Source of the DNA: Octopus sinensis
Taxonomy: Eukaryota
DNA: 64,000 nucleotides
Reading direction: 5' to 3'
NCBI RefSeq assembly: GCF_006345805.1
Contig: NC_043015.1
Coordinates: 44,764,001-44,828,000 of the forward strand
A model generated the notes under the pieces. It worked only from the letters and a program-made list of their open reading frames with translations. It made no database searches and was not told the origin of the DNA. How positions within the stretch are numbered: the stretch's first letter is position 1; each line of letters opens with the position of its first letter. A program made the translations under genes and the position numbers. Shown here piece after piece: positions 58,943 to 64,000 of the stretch.

Positions 58943-59577
58943 ACTGCTAACATGTAACCTCGTACAACATGTCGCTTGGTCGCGCCGTCGGCAACTTAAC
59001 CGGCAACTCTACCAAGCCTGCAAGGTTAAGAAGGTGGTTTTTCCTTGGACGCCCTGCAGGACAGAAAACAAAAGCTTGGATGAGCTCAGTAGAGTCAACG
59101 GGCTCCCCACCACTGGAGGTGAGAGATCTCTAATATATATATTTAGCCATCTCTGTACCCAATGATGTAAACTAGTTTTTGTTTTTTTCTTTTGGGGGCA
59201 GGGAAAATGTATACGTTGTTTAGAGGGTGGAACTGGACCTGTACAAAGCTTTTATTCACTTTAAAAAAACTTCCAGGACTGGTGTAGCTTCTTGCTTAAC
59301 ATCTCTACAATGCGTTTCATAGTATGACCGATCATAGCCGAAAACAAAATAGGGGAAACACTCCATGAAAAAATTCACTGATGAAATGAAGGCAAATGTC
59401 AGCGTGGGTGGTAACTCTCGAAACATCTACTGCAAGAAACGCCCATTGTTGCCACATCTGTGCAAAAGAATACAGGTCCTTAGTAGAACTGAAAATGCCA
59501 CATCTTTGCTGCTTTAAGAGAACAATCAAGTGATAGCATAGCTCGAAATCAAATTACAGCCATCATATTATATTATA

Positions 59578-59974
59578 CTAGTAGTATAGCCCGGCGTTGT
59601 TCTGGTTTGTTTTCTTTTCGACCCTTTAGAATTGGAATTTTTGAAAAGTAAAAATTTTGCATTATTTAGCTTGTTATACTCTTTAAGTGAACATTTTTCT
59701 GGTTGAAATACACCGAAAAATGGCGACACAGCAGTCAAAAACATCGTAAAAAATAGGGATTTTCATAGAAAAAAAGCACCTTTTTGATGTAAATAATTTT
59801 TGGTGTTAACATGGTCCGATTTGATTTTTTTCTTCCACGGAATGAAGAGCAAGCCTTCTTCTACTATACTGTCAATTTTGGTCAACTTGCGCCGCAGGGT
59901 CTCGGAGGAGATAGTGTTAGTTGAAGGCTACCAAACCTGCCACACACAGACAACTTTAGCTTTATATATAAAGA
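59578..59974 (-). mobile_element. Non-autonomous Helitron
   Basis: Minus strand A^TCTTTATATATAAA...CCAGAACAACGCCGGGCTATACTACTAG^T. Inserted in an AT dinucleotide, with a 3' end similar to 1783-1810. Confidence 0.8.
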
Positions 59975-60014
59975 TTATATTACATCACATTACATTACAT
60001 TATATCATATTATG

Positions 60015-60300
60015 TGAGTACGCGTGGCCTAGTGGATAGGGTGTTGCACACACGATCGCGAGACCGTGGTTTCAATTGTGTTCTTGAGCAAAACACTTCA
60101 TCTCACTTTGTCCTTTTCATTCACTTCGACATCTGACGCATGGCACACTATGCACCTGTTCAGGAAACGTCGATTTGATGGAGAGAGTGAGTTAATGCGC
60201 GGCACAATCATTTGATCACTATAAACAATAGACAAATCATTTGTACAAGTCATTCGGTAAAAAAACTGAATACTCATATGTCGTCTTCGACGGGAGAGTC
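60015..60300 (+). mobile_element. Old tRNA-derived SINE, family H
   Basis: Head GCGTGGCCTAGTGGATAGGGTG, TTGTGTTCTTGAGCAAAACACTT. Tail GTCGTCTTCGACGGGAGAGTC is also seen reversed at ~36820-36845. Confidence 0.6.
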
Positions 60301-60321
60301 ATGTATTATATTATATATTAT

Positions 60322-60758
60322 ACTCTTTTACTTGTTTCAGTCATTTGACTGTGGCCAAGCTGGAGCACCGCCTTTAGTCGAGCAAATCGACCCCAGGGAC
60401 TTATTCTTTGTAAGCCTAGTACTTATTCTATCGGTCTCTTTTTGCCGAACCGCTAAGTAACGGGGACGCAAACACACCAGCATCGGTTGTCATGCGATGT
60501 TGGGGGGACAAACACAGACACACAAACATATACACACACATACATACATACATACATACATACATAACATACATACATACATACATACATATATACGACG
60601 GGCTTCTTTCAGTTTCCGTCTACCAAATCCACTCACAAGGCTTTGGTCAGCCCGAGGCTATAGTAGAAGACACTTGCCCAAGGTGCCACGCAGTGGGACT
60701 GAACCTGGAATCATGTGGTTAGTAAGCAAGCTACTTACCACACAGCCACTCCTACGCC
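60322..60758 (-). mobile_element. SINE family B, full length
   Basis: Near-consensus reverse complement. Confidence 0.9.
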
Positions 60759-61440
60759 TATATTATATTATATTATATTATATTTATAATATGATACATA
60801 CACATGTATATATATTTTTTTTTGTATGTACAAATATATATATATGTATATACTTGCCCTAGATATGGCTTTAAAGTGCATCCATTAGTAGGGACCACCT
60901 TTTTAGTCACTATTGTTCCCAGGTCAACTCTGACCCAGAATAATAACATCCGTCAGGACCCCAGCTATGGGTCAACAAGTATATGTGATGACAATCCATC
61001 TGAGCGCGGGAATGCAAAAATGCTCTGGGATGATTTCAGGGCACACAGTAAAACCGCCGGGGGGGGGGTGAGGGTCCCCTAGCTATTGTCACAACATTCT
61101 TCTAGAAGAGGGAGACTCTGATGTAAAGCCTGCGGTTTCAAGTGATTACTGGCCATCTCGCTTTGGCCTGTCCCTTTGTACTGATCACGGAGACTCAGAA
61201 AGTGGTACTCGAGTTGTACAAGCATTTATCGGTATAGTCCAATGACATACAGACGTCTTTTTATAGTGACCTCATTTGTCGTTCGATCTACTGAAACACC
61301 TACGGCAATGGAAGCGTGGCGGCATGTGCAGGAGAGTTGGAGGTGCACAGTAAGTTACGACATTCGTGCTTCGAACCACTCAGATCTGCAGCGGGACTGT
61401 AATAGTCACCTGAGAGGTCAAGGACGGGAAGTTAGAAATA

Positions 61441-61582
61441 CCTATTTCTTTACTACCCACAAGGGACTAAACACAGAGAGGACAAACAAGGACAGACAAA
61501 CGGATTAAGTCGATTATATCGACTCCAGTGCGTAACTGGTACTTATTTAATCGACCCCGAAAGGATGAAAGGCAAAGTCGAC
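61441..61582 (-). mobile_element. 5'-truncated SINE A1
   Basis: Tail AAAGAAATAG joined to GTATTTCTAAC in non-SINE sequence. Confidence 0.85.
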
Positions 61583-61696
61583 AAGAACCGCAAGCAGACG
61601 ACAATAAATTTGTGAAGATGGAACAATCGCCATATGTATATTCATACATAAACAGACACACACGCACACATTCACTCACTCATCCACTCATTCACA

Positions 61697-61738
<42 letters not shown>

Positions 61739-62002
61739 ACACACACATATATTGATGTTGCCTTTATGTTATGATAAAAACAGTTTTATATCAAATTGAA
61801 TAATTACTCAATACAGTTGGTAGAGTATGAATTTTCTTATTTTTTTAAACATGAATAGTATTGAAAGTGACTTCGAAGTTCCGGCCTGCTAAGTTATCAT
61901 TTGGCTGATGTGTTTGTGTGTGTGTGTGTGTGTGCGCGTGTGTGTGTGCGTGTGCGTGTGTATGTGTGCGTGTGTGTGCGTGCGTGTGTGTGTGTATACA
62001 CA

Positions 62003-62033
<31 letters not shown>

Positions 62034-62073
62034 TCAATTGTCTTTGTCTTTTGTTTTGTTTTCTCTATATTTG

Positions 62074-62113
<40 letters not shown>

Positions 62114-62829
62114 GTGTGTGTGTGTGTGTGTGTGTGTGTACGTGTGTGTGTGCGCGTGTGTGCGTGCGTGCGTGTGTGTGTGTGCGAGACACTATGGCCA
62201 AACGCTTAAGAAGTTCACTTCGCAATTACAGAGTCGTTGGTTCAATCCTACCAAGTCGCTTGGCATTTTGAGCAAGTGTATATTTTACTGCAGCGCCCAG
62301 CCGAACCCAGCCGACCCAGCCTTGAAAGTGAAACTGATTAAATAGAAACTATACGGAAGCCTATCGAAAGGATTATACCTGTAATTCATTGGTCAAGCTT
62401 CGTCAATGACAAGGACAGGCCTTTGGAAGCCATGCCAAGGATACATGCGACCAGATAGATCAGTTCACCGAACAAGTGTAAATCCATTTCCACACAGACA
62501 CACACACACAGACTGACACACACCTACACACACACGCACACGCACACACTCATATATACATACACACAAACACACACATACATACATACATACATGAATA
62601 CATACACACATATAAAATAGATAGGTGAGTAAATAGTAAAAGCAATCACTTGTACCGGGATAGTATGTGTAATAAATAGGATGTCTGTGGTTACGCATGC
62701 GCAGCTTTCCGTGACACTAGAGTCACTAGACAAAAGAATTCGATGTAGATTTAGTACATATGAGTGTGTGTATGTGTGTATAAATATATATATATATGTG
62801 TGTGTGTATGTGTATGTATGTATAAATAC

Positions 62830-62889
<60 letters not shown>

Positions 62890-63509
62890 AAATACATATA
62901 TATATGTGTGTATGTGTGTGTGTGCATGTGTGTGTGTATATATGTATGTATGTATGTATAAATATATGTGTATGTGTGTGTGTATATGTATGTATGTATA
63001 TATAAATACATATATATATATATGTGTGTATGTGTGTGTGTGTATGTATGTATGTATGTATGTATGTATGTATGTATGTATGTATGTATGTATGTATGTT
63101 TATATGTATGTGTGTATAGATATGCGTGTACGCTTTTTACGTTTCCATTAGTTTAATGAGATTTGGACTTGTGCGAGACAGCAATGCTCCATACTTAAAA
63201 CGTGTCTATGCTGTGAGTTGCCGGATACACTTGGTGCGATAATATTTCTATTTATATCGACAAGGAAACTTTTGTAACGTCAGCTATAATACCACAGTCT
63301 ATATTTGACTTTTTGTCACCGGTATAGAGTCTATCAAACAGTTTTTAAAACGTGATGATTGAACGAACAGTAACCGTAAGGTTTGGTTTCAAACCCCAAT
63401 GAAGGTTTAAGGAAACATTAATTTTGTTTGTATTTTTTCTTTTTTTTTTTTCTTTTACATATCCGAAATGAGTGGAAAGTATTGCTTTACGAATGAAGGA
63501 AATAAATTA

Positions 63510-63740
63510 ATATTGGTTTCGAATTTTGGCACAAGGCCAGCAGTTTCGGGAAAGTAGGGGAAACGTCGATTATATCGGCATCGGTACGAAATACTTAGCT
63601 GTCGTTACGTTCTGAGTTCAAATTCCTCAGAGGTTGACTTTGCCTTTTCAGCCTTTTGGGGTCGATAAAATAAGTACCAATTTAATACTGAGGTGGTGTA
63701 ATTAACTTACCCCTTACCCGAAATTGCTGGCCTTCGGCCG
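63510..63740. mobile_element. Two old SINE A2 remnants in divergent orientation
   Basis: A2 tail on minus (63510-63590), then an A2 body on plus (63600-63740). Confidence 0.6.
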
Positions 63741-63769
63741 AAAATTGTACACGAAAGTAATATATATAT

Positions 63770-63874
63770 GTGTATGTATGTATGTATGTATGTATGTATG
63801 TATGTATGTATGTATGTATGTATGTATGTGTATTTGTATGTATGTATGTATTTATGTATGTATGTATGTATGTG

Positions 63875-63906
<32 letters not shown>

Positions 63907-64000
63907 TGTGTATATGTATGATGTATGTATGTATGTATGTGTATATATATGTATGTATGTATGTAAGTATGTGTATATGTATGTATGTATGTATGTGTAT
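63770..64000. repeat. (TATG)n tract running off the window end
   Basis: Direct reading. Confidence 0.95.

Noticed and set aside
60870-61440. GC-richer island as an RTE endonuclease remnant or exon
   Set aside because: Only a faint HVQESWR resemblance to the CxQExRW motif, which is insufficient to call either way.

Overview
AT-rich eukaryotic, repeat-saturated non-genic or intronic DNA. The SINE families and microsatellite load look like an octopus (coleoid cephalopod) genome; this is my inference from repeat recognition, not a database hit. I found no confidently supported host protein-coding gene, rRNA, true tRNA or CRISPR array, and nearly all long ORFs in the track are microsatellite translations. 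The window is built from: (i) dozens of tRNA-derived SINE copies from at least six families, labelled here A, B, C, D, G and H, plus a dispersed repeat E; (ii) decayed non-LTR retrotransposons (R4/Dong-like RLE elements in (TAA)n and (CATA)n tracts, Tx1-like, RTE-like, CR1-like, Penelope-like terminal repeats); (iii) non-autonomous DNA elements (two Helitrons, one Helentron/HINE, Tc1/mariner, hAT-like and other MITEs); and (iv) long micro- and minisatellites. Best leads: a SINE subfamily that repeatedly joins its 3' end to the same GGTA position inside its own family while duplicating host-private sequence; a stack of four divergent RLE-LINE 3' ends around (CATA)n; minimal hammerhead-ribozyme folds in Penelope-like remnants; modular SINE head/tail chimeras with intact TSDs; a 15-copy 40-bp minisatellite born from a Tx1 ORF; and weak candidate first exons or promoter motifs in the few unique islands. 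All coordinates and alignments were read by eye.
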